DNA of 37,070 bases from Nemertoderma westbladi (taxonomy: Eukaryota; Animalia; Xenacoelomorpha). This document shows, one piece after another, positions 34,760 through 37,070 of the stretch. The notes beneath the pieces are model-generated. The model had not been told where the DNA came from and ran no database searches. It worked only from the letters and a program-made list of their open reading frames with translations. The DNA lies in NCBI GenBank assembly GCA_032718475.1, contig JAUCBJ010004251.1:1-37070 (forward strand). The letters are read 5' to 3'. Position numbers and translations under genes: made by a program. Numbering within the stretch: the stretch's first letter is position 1; the number at the start of each line of letters is the position of its first letter.

Positions 34760-37070
34760 GTAAGTGAGACGAGAGAATACGGACTAAGAACATCTTACAG
34801 GTATGTGAAAGTGAGACGAGAGAATACGGACTGAGAACATCTTACAGGTAAGTGAGACGAGAGAATACGGACTGAGAACATCTTACAGGTAAGTGAGACG
34901 AGAGAATACGGACCGAGAACATCTTACAGGTAAGTGAGACGAGAGAATACGGACTGAGAACATCTTACAGGTAAGTGAAAGTGAGACGAGAGAATACGGA
35001 CTGAGAACATTTTACAGGTAAGTGAGACGAGAGAATACGGACTAAGAACATCTTACAGGTACCGGTAAGTGAGACGAGATAATACGGACCGAGAACATCT
35101 TACAGGTAAGTGAGAGGATAGAATCTGAGAATACGGACTGAGAACATCTTACAGGTATGTGAAAGTGAGACGAGAGAATACGGACTGAGAACATCTTACA
35201 GGTAAGTGAGACGAGAGAATACGGACTGAGAACATTTTACAGGTAAGTGAGGCGAGAGAATACGGACTGAGAACATCTTACAGGTAAGTGAGGACGAGAG
35301 AATACGGACTGAGAACATCTTACAGGTAAGTGAGACGAGAGAATACGGACCGAGAACATCTTACAGGTAAGTGAGACGAGAGAATACGGACTGAGAACAT
35401 CTTACAGTAAGTGAAAGTGAGACGAGAGAATACGGACTGAGAACATCTTACAGGTTAGTGAAAGTGAGACGAGAGAATATGGACCGGGAACATCTTACAG
35501 GTAAGTGAGACGAGAGAATACGGACTGAGAACATTTTACAGGTAAGTGAGGCGAGAGAATACGGACTGAGAACATCTTACAGGTAAGTGAGACGAGAGAA
35601 TACGGACTGAGAACATCTTACAGGTAAGTGAGACGAGAGAATACGGACCGAGAACATCTTACAGGTAAGTGAGACGAGAGAATACGGACTGAGAACATCT
35701 TACAGTAAGTGAAAGTGAGACGAGAGAATACGGACTGAGAACATCTTACAGGTTAGTGAAAGTGAGACGAGAGAATATGGACCGGGAACATCTTACAGGT
35801 AAGTGAGACGAGAGAATACGGACTGAGAACATCTTACAGGTAAGTGAGACGAGAGAATACGGACTGAGAACATCTTACAGGTAAGTGAAAGTGAGACGAG
35901 AGAATACGGACTGAGAACATCTTACAGGTAAGTGAGACGAGAGAATACGGACTGAGAACATCTTACAGGTAAGTGAGACGAGAGAATACGGACTGAGAAC
36001 ATCTTACAGGTAAGTGAGACGAGAGAATACGGACTGAGAACATCTTACAGGTAAGTGAAACGAGAGAATACGGACTGAGAACATCTTACATGTAAGTGAA
36101 ACGAGAGAATACGGACTGAGAACATCTTACAGGTAAGTGAGGCGAGAGAATACGGACTGAGAACATCTTACAGGTAAGTGAGACGAGAGAATACGGACTG
36201 AGAACATCTTACAGGTAAGTGAGACGAGAGAATACGGACTGAGAACATCTTACAGGTAAGTGAAACGAGAGAATACGGACTGAGAACATCTTACATGTAA
36301 GTGAAACGAGAGAATACGGACTGAGAACATCTTACAGGTAAGTGAGACGAGAGAATACGGACTGAGAACATCTTACAGGTAAGTGAGACGAGAGAATACG
36401 GACTGAGAACATCTTACAGGTAAGTGACACGAGAGAATACGGACTGAGAACATCTTACAGGTAAGTGAGACGAGAGAATACGGACTGAGAACATCTTACA
36501 GGTAAGTGAGACGAGAGAATACGGACTGAGAACATCTTACAGGTAAGTGAGACGAGAGAATACGGACTGAGAACATCTTACAGGTAAGTGAAACGAGAGA
36601 ATACGGACTGAGAACATCTTACATGTAAGTGAAACGAGAGAATACGGACTGAGAACATCTTACAGGTAAGTGAGACGAGAGAATACGGACTGAGAACATC
36701 TTACAGGTAAGTGAGACGAGAGAATACGGACTGAGAACATCTTACAGGTAAGTGACGACGTGAGAATACGGACTGAGAACATCTTACAGGTAAGTGAAAG
36801 TGAGACGAGAGAATACGGACTGAGAACATCTTACAGGTTAAGTGAGACGAGAGAATACGGACTGAGAACATTCTTACAGGTAAGTGAAAGTGAGACGAGA
36901 GAATACGGACTGAGAACATCTTACAGGTAAGTGAAAGTGAGACGAGAGAATACGGACTGACAACATCTTACAGGTAAGTGAGACGAGAGAATACGGACTG
37001 ACATCATCTTACAGGTACGTGAGGAGACGAGAGATATACGGACTGAGAGACATCTTACAGCTTACAGGTA
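34726..37070 (+). repeat. Tandem array (about 55 copies, 41 bp with 47-bp variants) of the CWC15 exon end + 5' splice site
   Basis: Unit AGACGAGAGAATACGGACTGAGAACATCTTACAG|GTAAGTG = last 34 exonic nt + first 7 intronic nt; GT positions 34760, 34801, 34848, 34889, 34930, 34971 ... to the window end. Confidence 0.97.

Noticed and set aside
34760-34834. VSETREYGL... as the CWC15 C-terminus
   Set aside because: Read-through into the intronic array; homology stops at the CAG|GTAAGT donor.

Overview
AT-rich, intron-containing animal (probably invertebrate) genomic DNA; nothing prokaryotic, no CRISPR. Two host genes, both on the + strand. (1) The 3' part of a probable GPI-anchored mucin-like gene: its Thr/Ser-rich domain is built from at least 15 tandemly duplicated phase-1 microexons (36-54 nt), followed by two EGF exons and a terminal SEA + GPI-signal exon (360-17530). 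(2) The first coding exon of the spliceosome factor CWC15 (34274-34759), whose exon-end/5' splice site has been amplified into about 55 tandem 41-nt units that run off the window end; almost every unit junction reads CAG|GTAAGT. The rest is nested, mostly decayed transposons: L2-, RTE- and CRE-clade LINEs, a tRNA SINE, a BEL/Pao gag relic, TIR elements and Helentron-type non-autonomous elements. Several have seeded tandem arrays: a 32-bp satellite, a 15-bp Pro-rich repeat inside a reverse transcriptase, and (ACTG)570. All calls are by eye and from recalled family motifs; no searches were run.
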